A stretch of DNA of 64,000 bases from the human T2T-CHM13v2.0 reference genome, Homo sapiens. The notes beneath the pieces are model-generated. The model was not told the DNA's origin. It ran no database searches and saw nothing but the letters and a program-made list of their open reading frames with translations. Shown here in pieces: positions 50,893 through 64,000 of this stretch; the first letter of the stretch is position 1, and every line of letters starts with the position of its first letter. The stretch lies in assembly GCF_009914755.1 (NCBI RefSeq), contig NC_060930.1; one strand, given 5' to 3'. Both the position numbers and the translations under genes were made by a program.

Positions 50893-52307
50893 GGAAACAA
50901 AGACAGAGTGAGAAGAAGAAAGTCTCATTATTAGAGTTACAAGATAATCATGAGAGAATTTCCCAGAAAGTAGAGCCAAAAGATAAAGAGATAGAAAATA
51001 GGAAATGAAGAATAAGAAAATGAATGGCCCAATACACAGGTCAACCTCCAATCGTAGAGTCCCAGAAGAGGTGGATGTGAGAAAAATCGATGGGAGGAAA
51101 TTTTTAACTGAGTGCCCAACTAGAAATTCTCTTTCTATGTCTGAAGGAAAGAAAGCAGACTGGGATCAACTGACCATCTTGGCACAGTGATAAGTGCACA
51201 TGTTAAGAAAATTAGTCTGGGAATAGTGTGTAGGATGGAATTGGACAGGAAAGGCTTAGCACACTGTGACAATTAGTATTTGCTGAATGCGAAGACAACT
51301 GTTAAGCTTGTGGAAATAGGAGGTACAATACAATCATAACGGATACAGGTGTGAAGAGATGAAGATCTGGACTGGGGGTAAGCATAAACATGGACAGGAC
51401 TGGAAAAATCCTACAGGAAATTGAAAAACAAAATGATACTTCTTAGTGAACACAGAGAGTAAGAAGAATCAGAGGTCTTGTAGCCTGGCAGACAGCAGAG
51501 TCATGGAACTCCTGGAAATGGGGTTTGCAGCAGCGGCCGGAGAGGGCTGCCTTCTCAAAGCAATGATGATGAGTTCAATCTTGGATGTTCTGAGTTAATT
51601 GAAGGGAAAAAGGTCTGGCAGTGATTGAGTCACTCTTCAAATAGCGAACATGTAAAGCAGTCATGGAGGAGTGCTGATTCTTTCAAAGAAAAGAACATTC
51701 TCGAGTTATTTTTAATGGATAAAAATTACCTTTGAGCAAATGTAATGTGTTAATATAGATTAGGGCCATATCAGACAGATAAAGGAGAGAACAATTAACT
51801 TCAAAAGCAAAGCTAGACTTAGTGCCTGTACACTCAGGTAGGAAACGCTAAACTGCAATTTGTTCTGAGCTGAGACTATCAATATATTCAGCTTTAGCTG
51901 GTTGGGTGGTTATGGCAGCATTAGGGACCATTTCAAAGGCAGGAGTCATCCTGGAGAGCACACACCATACCTCAAGCTGTTTTGAGATACTGTTCAGGTT
52001 GGTGTGTGGCCACAGTGGGAAGGGAGTAGAGCTCTGCAACACAGGGGGTCTATAAATAAATCCAGAAAGTGAGATTCATTTGTCTGCGTCATTTCAGATG
52101 ATCCCTCAGCCCACCCCAGGGGTAGAGGAGTTCAGAATTTCAGATGTGGGTGGGCTTCTACATGTCAGTGTGACCCTGATGGCACTGGGGGTCTGTTCTT
52201 TTTTGCCTAGTTGGTGTTTGGTGTTTGCTATGGTCTGAATGTCTGTGTTCCCCTGCAATTCTAATGTTGAAATCCTAACCCCTAACATGATTATATACAG
52301 AGGATAA

Positions 52308-52631
<324 letters not shown>

Positions 52632-52756
52632 TGAGAGGTGATTAGATTATGAGGGCAGAGGCTTCATCAATGGGATTAGTGCTCTTACAAAATAGACCAA
52701 GGAAGCTCATTTGCCCTTCCACCATGTGAAGACACAGCTAGAAGGTGTGTCCACTA

Positions 52757-53581
52757 TTGTTATAAGTAGATAGATAGGCATGAGCGGGAAAGGAGAGGGC
52801 TCTCCCCCGCAACCCACTAGGAATGCTGCGTGATGGTTCGACAATCATTGCATTGCCTCTTTAAAAACAATAATTGGGCAGCGCCAGGGGGAGGTCATTT
52901 CCTGATGATTCACACATGTTAACAAAAAAAAATGTTAACTGAATGCAGACCCCAGGGAGAAGCAACTTCCTGGGCATGCACATTAAGACATAAAAATGGC
53001 AAAGTACGATGTTCCAGGTACGTGCCATCAGAAAAAGGAAGAAAGCCTCAGATGGGCAAGCGTCTAACTCCCTAAACGTGCTCCCTAATCAGCTTCTAGG
53101 AAGAGCAGAAGAGCTGTGGTAATGAATGCAACACGTTATTGACGATACACATGTTGATTCCAAGGAAATGCTGGGTAAGCATGACTCAGAGTCATTGCTG
53201 GGCATCTAAACTGTGCATACTCAGTTCCTAAGGGTAAGGAGGGCACTGCACGTGCAGAAAGCCCAGCCTAAGGGAAGAATCATGGGAAAGAGGCCAGCCT
53301 ATAAACTCCTAGGATCAAGGTTCAAGGCTCTGCTTTTTTCTCTCTTTGACCTTCAGGCGCCCACTTGGATCTCTTCCAAGGGTTCTTTCCTTTCTTTCCC
53401 GTTCTAAAGCCTTTTTAATAAACCTCCATTCCTGCTCTGAAACTTGCCTCAGTCTCTTTTTCTGCTTTATCCCCCTCAGTTGAATTCATTCTTCTGAGGA
53501 GGCCAGGGCTGAAGTTGCTGCAGATGCCTATGGATTCGCCACCAGTAACTCGGGGTAACTTGGTCTCTTCTACCAGTAACA
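52757..53581 (+). mobile_element. MER50-type ERV1 solo LTR with internal insertion
   Basis: TG...CA with TSD CTAT; reverse-complement homologue of 6451-7211. Confidence 0.82.
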
Positions 53582-53873
53582 CTATGAACCGGAAAATGGC
53601 CCTCATCAGACGCCAAATCTGCCAGAGCCTCATCTTGGACTTTCCAGGCTCTGGAACCGTGAGAAGTAAATTTCTGTTGTTTATAAATTACCCAGTCTAC
53701 GCTGTTTTGTTATAGCAGCCAGAAAAGACTAAGACAGTGTTAATTCTATTTTCTTTTGGTTTCGTAACTTTACAAGAACAGACTGAGAGAAGATTAATTT
53801 AGAAAACATCTCAATATCTATGTCGAGCCTTGATAGGTACTATATTCACACAGGGTTTCAGAGTTAAGTTTCT

Positions 53874-54532
<659 letters not shown>

Positions 54533-56081
54533 TGAGAAATTTTAATGGTACATGTGTTGCCTCATAATCAGTCAGGAAAAGAACTTAAGTTCAATCCTCT
54601 CAACCTACATCATGAGCTAAATAGAACATTGTCGGCTGGATGCAGTGGCTCATTCTGGTAATTCCAGCCTTTTGGGAGGCTGAGGCGGGTGGATCACCTG
54701 AGGTCAGGAGTTTGAGACCAGCCTGGCCAACATGGTAAAACCTTGTCTCTACTAAACATACAAAAATTAGCCGGGCATGGTGGCAGGCTCCTATAATCCC
54801 AGCTTCTCAGGAGACTGAGGCAGGAGAATCGCTTGAACATGGAAGGCAGAGGTTGCAGTGAGCCGAGATCAAGCGATTACACTTCTGGCTGAGTGACACA
54901 GTGAGACTGCGTCTCAGAAATGACAAATAAATTAAAAATAATAATAATAAAGAGCACATTGCCAAAAGGTCTAAACTCTTCTAGAAGGGCATCATTTGTT
55001 ACGTCCTTTTTCACAGTTTGGAGTAAATTTTCGTGGTTTGGAGTGAATTAAAAATTGATCCCTCATGATAGGCTCTATAGCAGATTCTACTACAAAGGCT
55101 ATGTTTACATGACAGACTTTAAATTCTCTTGTGAAAGTGATGCTAAATAATAGAATTGCTCTAGATTGCTTACTGACTAAACAAAGAAGTATCTATACAG
55201 CTGCTGGCATTTCTTGTTGTCTAAGAAGAAATACATCACATCAGGTATTACAGAGATTCAGTTGCAGAGGATTAACGAAGAGAATGCTTAAAGCGAGTAG
55301 ACCATCTAGCTCATTCTTTGATCTGTTTGATTTTAGGTGGTTTGGTTTATGGGGACCTTAGCTAAGGAGCATACGCCAAACTCTTGGTATTATCCTCTGG
55401 ATAGTCAAAATAGTAGTCTCCCTGGTGTGCTGTATTCCCTCAAAAGTTTTAAAAGTTTGCATGCCGCCATCTCTAGAATGTCAAGCAGTCTCTCTTCAAC
55501 CGGAATATCAAGAGCTAAAAGAAATGTGTGACCCTGAGGGCACCCTAACCTATGAATGACGTGCTGAGACCAGAAACCCAAAATAATAATAATGGAGAGA
55601 GGCACTGAGGCCCTAAGTTTTGGTCACACTCTCACCTAAGTGAGAACCTGACCAAACAAAGGGAATTTTTAAACAAAGTTAAGGGAGGCCATTGTTTTGG
55701 ATTAAGCTCACGCACTAGGCCCCAGCAGACCTGACCAAACCAAAATGGAGTCAATTGTGCTAAACGCCACATAATCACACTAAGACTTTAAGGAAACACA
55801 TAAATCCTAGAATAGACCAAGTTTTGTTTTTTTTCTCCTGTGAATAGGCCATTGCAGCACACAGAGGTACCCTCTACTCTAACCCTTACCAAAAAAAAAA
55901 AAAAAAAAGTGACCTGAAGTCCTCTTTCCCATTTTACAAAATCCACTGTTAAACTATTTCCCAGTGGGTTTCAAGAGCAAATATGTACATTTATGATGGT
56001 AATAGTGCCATCAGTGACTAAAGTTTTGGTCATCTTCTCAATTTTGACCAAATTTTGAGAGAATGATCAAAAAGGGGGAAT
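54533..56081 (+). mobile_element. ERV1 (MER57/MER4-group) internal 3' remnant with degenerate env TM
   Basis: ORF 55131-55361 KVMLNNRIALDCLLTKQRSIYTAAGISCC resembles the CKS-17 ISD plus CX6CC; downstream WFGLWGP and membrane-anchor-like text; polypurine tract aaaagggggaa at ~56069-56080. Confidence 0.85.
54634..54950 (+). mobile_element. Alu
   Basis: Full dimer; degenerate TSD agaacattg/agcacattg. Confidence 0.93.
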
Positions 56082-56517
56082 TGTTAAAACAAGTCTAGCC
56101 TAAAGCTGCCTTCTTACATATTTTAAGTTAAGCCTAAAGGTTTCTCTGAACCTAAAGGTACATCATGAACTATAGCCTGAAGGTACATCATGAACTATAA
56201 CCTAAATGGAGGTGTAAACAAACTGTAACCTTCTCTTGTGCCAAACACCGAGTTTTGGCCAATCAAAGATGGCCAACTGTTCAAACCATGTTCAAATAAG
56301 ACAAACGCCAAGCTATAACCGATCTGCCTGTTTCTGTACCTCATTTCCATTTTCTGTACACCACTTTCCTTTTTCTGTCCATAAATCTTCTTCCACCACA
56401 TGGCTGCACTGGAGTCTCAGAGCCTACTCTTTCTCAGGAGGCTCCCCAATTTGTAAATCGTTCTTCACCCAGTTAAACTCTGTTAAATTTAATTCGCCTG
56501 AAGTTCTTCTTTGAACA
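56082..56517 (+). mobile_element. MER57-type 3' LTR
   Basis: tgttaaa...agcctaaagctgccttcttacatattttaagtt...aagttcttctttgaaca right after the PPT; contains a 25-bp tandem duplication at 56151-56205. Confidence 0.85.
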
Positions 56518-56557
56518 TTATTACACTTGTCTTTAAGTCTTTTCTTGATTGCTTTTA

Positions 56558-56702
56558 TGAAAGGAAAATAAAAACCTGGGGCCCCAATTCACTCTGCCAA
56601 AAAAAAAAAATTAATTGAAAGCTGAGTCATGGAAGAAGCTACCTTTCCTTTTCTTCCTAAGCAGATAGCTACAGATAAAAGATGAAATATCTCCACAGGT
56701 TT
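56558..56702 (+). mobile_element. ERV1 LTR 5' fragment (MER4-group)
   Basis: tgaaaggaaaataaaaacctggg...cctaagcagatagctacagataaaag. Confidence 0.55.
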
Positions 56703-56704
56703 CT

Positions 56705-57733
<1,029 letters not shown>

Positions 57734-58351
57734 ATTTTGATAGATTATATTAAGAGGTTCATTAGCTACTGAGGCATTTCCCTGCCTCTCCATCTCTAGA
57801 ACTCACAATGTCTGCTTTATGTTGAGAGCAAGGCCATCATTGTCAGTTGCTCAACCAAAACAGAAACTGGCTAACCTGCTCTTAAGTGAAGTTCCCTAAT
57901 GAATCGATCACCGCAATGATTGCCCCTGGGACCGCTTCTCACACCTTTTATTCCCCGAGGACATGCCCCCCACTTTCACAGAAGGTCTCTCCCCCACCTA
58001 TTTTGGATAAAGTTCCCTCTAGACTCATTACTCTATACATGCGAGCCTGTTTGCTTTCCCTCTTTCAGGAATTTCTTAGTTTCTAGCAAGCTGATGGCAC
58101 TCTTTCTCACTTTCCAGTGCACTGATAGGTTATTAAAGTATAACTTTTTTTCTTCAGCCATTCCAAGAAATTTTGGTTGATAAGGAAGGTAGATATCATC
58201 ATTTGTAAATTCCTTTACTTATATAGAAAACAATTTAGAATGTTGTAGATCCTTGGGATCACCACTAAGAATATCGATTATAGAGACGGGTGCACTCTGC
58301 AGTAAATCAGGTGGTGCCATTATGAAGTTCTGTTAAAAATAACAAGTTCCA

Positions 58352-58625
58352 CAAAACCAAACACTGCGTGTTCTCACTTATAAGTGGGAGCTGAATGATG
58401 CGAACACATAGACACATCGAGGGAACAACACACACTGGGGCCTGTCAAAGGGTTGGAGGTAGGAGGAGGGAGAGCACTAAGAAGAATAGCTGATGAGTGC
58501 TGGGCTTAATACCTAGGTAACGGGATGATCTGTGCAGCAAACCGCCATGGCACATGTTTACCTGTATAACAAACCTGCACATCCTCCACATGTACCCCTG
58601 AACTTAAAATAAAAGTTGGAAAAAC
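58352..58625 (+). mobile_element. Short primate L1 3' end
   Basis: aaaccaaacactgcgtgttctcacttataagtgggagctg...catgtacccctgaacttaaaataaaag; TSD-like aacaagtt. Confidence 0.9.
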
Positions 58626-58744
58626 AAGTTTCATAGGAGCTGTACTGGCATTTGTTTTTAATGGACAAGGTTTCTTTGTATCATTTGACTTTAATATTTT
58701 CCAGGATAAATCTATCTATTCCCTGTCAACATGCTACAGAATAT

Positions 58745-58945
58745 AGATAGTCACCAACTTACGACGTTTGACTTATGATTTTTTTCACTTTATGATGGGT
58801 TTATCGGGGTATTAAATGCAGGTTTTTTGTTTGTTTTTTTCTCATTTTTAAAAACGTTTTTCTTAATGCAGTTTTGACTTACCATATTTCAACTTACGGT
58901 AGATTTCTTGGGACAAACGCCATAGTAAGCTGTTGAAGCATATGG
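58745..58945. mobile_element. Tigger5/MER47-like fragment
   Basis: caacttacgacgtttgacttatgattttt...ttttgacttaccatatttcaacttacgg. Confidence 0.65.
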
Positions 58946-59187
58946 GCTGACAACAAAGAATTTGTCCAAATGCTTAAGCAGATTTCATTTATCTTTTGAG
59001 AGAGAGAAAACAAAACAAAACAAAACTCATTCTAACTGCATTAGCCACACACATATTATAGTATTTTGTGTCATCAAGAATATAATCCAATGTCTTAAAA
59101 CATGTGCAATATAACAAATTTACCTTTTCTCATATGGTACCTAAAGCATTTTGTCTTCTAATTAGCATAAATTAATACCTGTTGACT

Positions 59188-59320
59188 TAGGGTAGCCATA
59201 TAATTTATCATCCAAATGAGAACACTCTGAGAATAAAAGTAGGTGCTATTGATAATCACTCTTAGAATACAGCCATAAACCAGGACGGTGTCAGACAAAC
59301 CAGGACGTGTGGTCACCCTA
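59188..59320. mobile_element. MER81-like hAT MITE
   Basis: Terminal inverted repeats tagggtagcca...tggtcacccta. Confidence 0.75.
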
Positions 59321-59991
59321 AACATGACCCAGCACCTTTGAAACACCTGATAAGAACAGTCTAATGTGTATGTTACATGCTTATTTCTCTCTCTGCTCTT
59401 TCCACCAGTGTAATTAGATAGATTAATGAAGAGCAAACATTTTGCACAGGGCCAAGTCAGAAAACATGAAAATTTCCTTCCACTTAGTAGTCTTATCGAA
59501 TCTCATGCGGGGTAGGGGGATACTTTTACAATTGGAATTATCTATTTAAATAAAAGAATGTCAAATGTGAAAGTTGGCACTATCTTTTTAGCCAGATTTG
59601 AGGACTGTATCCTGGAGGCAGCTTTCTTGTTTTCCATTGCTTTCTATTCATACAAGAGTTTAGAGTTCTTGTGCATTATCTCATTGCTTCCTTGAAATAA
59701 ATTAATCAAGGTAAGTGTTATGACATTTCCAATCTACTGAACAGGAAAAACAATAAGCAGAGAAGTCAGACTTTTTATAATTCGATGGAAAAACATACTT
59801 GATTGCTGTGCATGTTTTTACTTACCTAATTTTTTAGTAAAATAAATTTTTATGTCAATTGGTTCTTTGTATTTTGTGAATTGCCTATTAATGTCCTTTC
59901 CCATGTGTGTGTTAATTTTTCCTATACTTTTCTCTGATGTTTAATTTTTTTATCCGAGTAAGAAATATATCTAATTTCAAAAGCCCAATAG

Positions 59992-60450
<459 letters not shown>

Positions 60451-60644
60451 TAATATTCTTTAATTTCCATTTCTTGCTTATTTTAAATATTATATGCTGA
60501 CTTCTGATGAAGCATAAGAATTTAGTACTCTTATAAAACATCACACACCTTACCTACATACAAGAACTCTTCTAGTACAGTTGTATCCCAATTCTTGATT
60601 AAATTGAAATCTAATACTTATATTGTTATGACTATATAAACACT

Positions 60645-61206
60645 GAGGACTATGCTCTGACTTTTTTTATCTTGCCCAAATTCCTATCTAAGGGGTCTGG
60701 GGAGTCATGCCCTACAAACCATAAATTCTCATCAGTGGGGTTTATTTAACTCCATATATATACCATGACTTACTTTCCAACCTGACTCTGGCATAACATT
60801 AGGAGACAAGAAAGAAAATAAAAATATTTTACCCCAAAACATGTTTCTTTGCCATATCTCAAAATGGCCCTACAAAGCTGTCCTTCCTGAGGGAAAATCT
60901 GCATCTGTAAAGAATCTCCGTGGGCACAGTGGCTCATGCCTATGATCCCAGCCCTGTGGGAGGTGGAGGCGGGTGGATCACCTGAGGTCAGGAATTTGAG
61001 ACCAGCCTGGCCAACATGGTGAAAGCCCGTCTCTACTAAAAATACAAAAATTAGCCAGGCATAGTGGTGCATGTCTGTAATCCCAGCTACTCAGGAGGCT
61101 GAGGCAAGAGGATCACTTGAACCCAGAAGGTGGAGGTTGCAGTGAGCCAAGATCAAGCCATTGCACTCTAGCCTGGGCGACAGCAGCGAAACTGTGTCTA
61201 AAAAAA

Positions 61207-61239
<33 letters not shown>

Positions 61240-61674
61240 AAATAGCACCTTTTAAAGATCTGGATAGGAAACATTTGCCATCTATTGTCTCTAAGGGCAG
61301 CCACTATAAGACTTCAAAAGAACCTTAGTCTCCAAAGTCTTATCTTAACCTGGACATTTCCTTTCTACGGATCCCAGGTCTTTAACAAACTCAGCCAATT
61401 GTCAACCAGAAAATGTTTAAATTTAACTATAGCCTGGACACCCCCACTCCAGCTTTGAGTTGTCCCGCCTTTCTGGACCAAACCAACGTATTTATTGAAT
61501 GTATTTGATTGATGTCTCATGCCTCCCTAAAATGTGTAAAACCAAGCTGCTCTCCAACCACCTTGGGCACATGTTCTCAGGGTCTCCTGAGGGCTGTCAC
61601 AGGCCATGGTCACTCATATTTGGCTCAGAATAAATCTCTTCAAATATTGTACAGTTTGACTCTTTTTGTTGACA
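60645..61674 (+). mobile_element. MER4-group (MER4E-like) ERV1 solo LTR
   Basis: tgaggactatgctctg...ggggagtcatgccctacaaacc...ggctcagaataaatctcttc...gttgaca. Confidence 0.85.
60918..61240 (+). mobile_element. Alu
   Basis: Dimer with long A-tail. Confidence 0.95.
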
Positions 61675-61915
61675 GTACCATTCACTGATGAGCTACGTAA
61701 TATAGTATGGTTCTATTTCCCTTTCTTGTACAACATTTGTTTTTTCCAGGAGTTAAAAATTATCTCATTTTTTCATTTGCTTCATTTTCTAGGTACTCTT
61801 ACAAATGTTTCCTAAACTCTCTGATAGAGCTGAAGAACTCCTCTTAATGTGGTGGAACTCATCGGGTCCACTGATCCCACATGTTTGTTTCCCTGGGCCA
61901 CATCGCCCCAGCAGC

Positions 61916-62206
<291 letters not shown>

Positions 62207-62714
62207 CTTCCCCAACAGCTTTCCATCCTACTGCCCAGCCTTGCCTGGTCCTCAGGCCCATTGCACAACTTCCATACTGGAAATTCACTCAACCATCATC
62301 CTGTGAATTCTCTTCTCTCCCGTATTGGCTTCCTTGTTTTCCAAATCCCTTAGGTTCCTTAGGTTCTTAGGCTCATTTCCTAATTTTAATGTTGCATATC
62401 CTTCAATTGCTTCATGAGGGAAGTAGACATAAGATCCTGAAACTTTTCATGTCTGTAAATGTCTTTGTTTTACCCTCACCATTGACTAAGCTGGATACAG
62501 AATTCTGTCTTAGAAATCAATTTCCCTCAGAATTATAAAGGCTTGGCTTCATTTTCATCTGGCTTAAGTTACTGTTGATACATTCAATGCCATGCTGACT
62601 TCTCATTCTCTGTATGCAATCTTTTATTCTCTCTGGAAGCTTTTAGAATCTTGTATCAGTCAGTGTACTACAAAATAAAAAGAAGTCATTTTATGTATTC
62701 TGTCATCTTCTTTC

Positions 62715-62835
62715 TTTTAAGAGACAGGATCTTACTACTTTGCCCAAGCTGGTCTTGAACTCCTGGACTCACATGATCCTCCTGCCTCAGCCTCCTAAGT
62801 AGCTAGGACTACAGGTGTTCAACACCATACTGTGC
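62715..62835 (-). mobile_element. Alu monomer (FLAM/FRAM-like)
   Basis: Single-arm Alu sequence. Confidence 0.8.
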
Positions 62836-63584
62836 CTACATTCTGTGGATAAGGAAATTAATATAAAATTAGGATCTTTCATGACTATTGGAAGAGCTGA
62901 AGGAGTAAAGGTCACTGGATCTGTCACCAAAAATCAGAGAAATCTATGCTAAACATCTCAGTCTGAATCATTGAGGAGAGGTGGTTCTCAAAACCTTACC
63001 GAAATTCTCAGGAATCTCTGAGAAGCTTCCACCAACTATCCTCTCAAGAGTTTGCCAGGAAGCCACTGTGAAGCTCTTGCCTACCTGCACATTTAGCTGC
63101 CCCTGATTCACTTCCATCTTCCAAATCTCATACAAGTTTCTCTCACAAGCATACTCTAACCAAAAACCACATAGAAAAGGAAACCATTCTGGAAAATGTA
63201 GCTCTCAGCCTTAAAAATGAGTGAGAGTTGTGCTAACACCAGATAATCCAGCAGAGTCTACTCCTTCATCAGCTCGGCATCCACACACCCTATTTTTAAT
63301 CTTTAACTTCCAAATAAAGATATTAGCAACATTATGCTTTTACATTATATGATTCAATGATTCTTCATACAACCAAACCTAAAAGAAGAAACCCAGAGTT
63401 CCACTTTATCCATCTGTGAATAAATGTTTATCTTCTGATTCACAATCTTATCTTGCTATCCTATAACTTAAAACTGGACCATACGAGTAACCATGATTCA
63501 TATACTGATACTATTAGAGGGTATTGAAATGGGAGAGAAAAAAAAGAAAAATATCAGTTTATGTATACAAATGTCCATATCTAA

Positions 63585-64000
<416 letters not shown>

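Overview
Human/primate intergenic DNA, mostly interspersed repeats (about 37 Alu copies or fragments, old L1 fragments, about 15 LTRs, several DNA transposon relics). I find no intact protein-coding gene, RNA gene or CRISPR array, and no novel multi-gene system. Three disabled processed pseudogenes are recognisable: RPS25 (minus, 1485-1954, inside a MER4-type LTR), HMGN1 (plus, ~9380-10930) and TDGF1/CRIPTO (plus, 28916-~30960). From memory, the RPS25+TDGF1 pair suggests human 6p25.2 (RPS25P7/TDGF1P4); this is unverified. Best observations: (i) the CRIPTO retrocopy starts at the recalled exon-2 boundary and keeps the pre-Alu state of the parent 3' UTR; (ii) a decayed class III (ERV-L-like) PR-RT-RNaseH-IN remnant on the minus strand at ~16.9-19.5 kb; (iii) a 52-bp copy of 13465-13516 at 19791-19842 between two Alus; (iv) ~130 bp of foreign DNA inside a MER50-type LTR; (v) a five-level transposon nest at 1.1-9.4 kb; (vi) an ERV1 env remnant fused to an MST LTR through an Alu with no TSD. 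Repeat family names and parent-gene comparisons come from recalled consensus sequences and need RepeatMasker/Dfam/BLAST confirmation.
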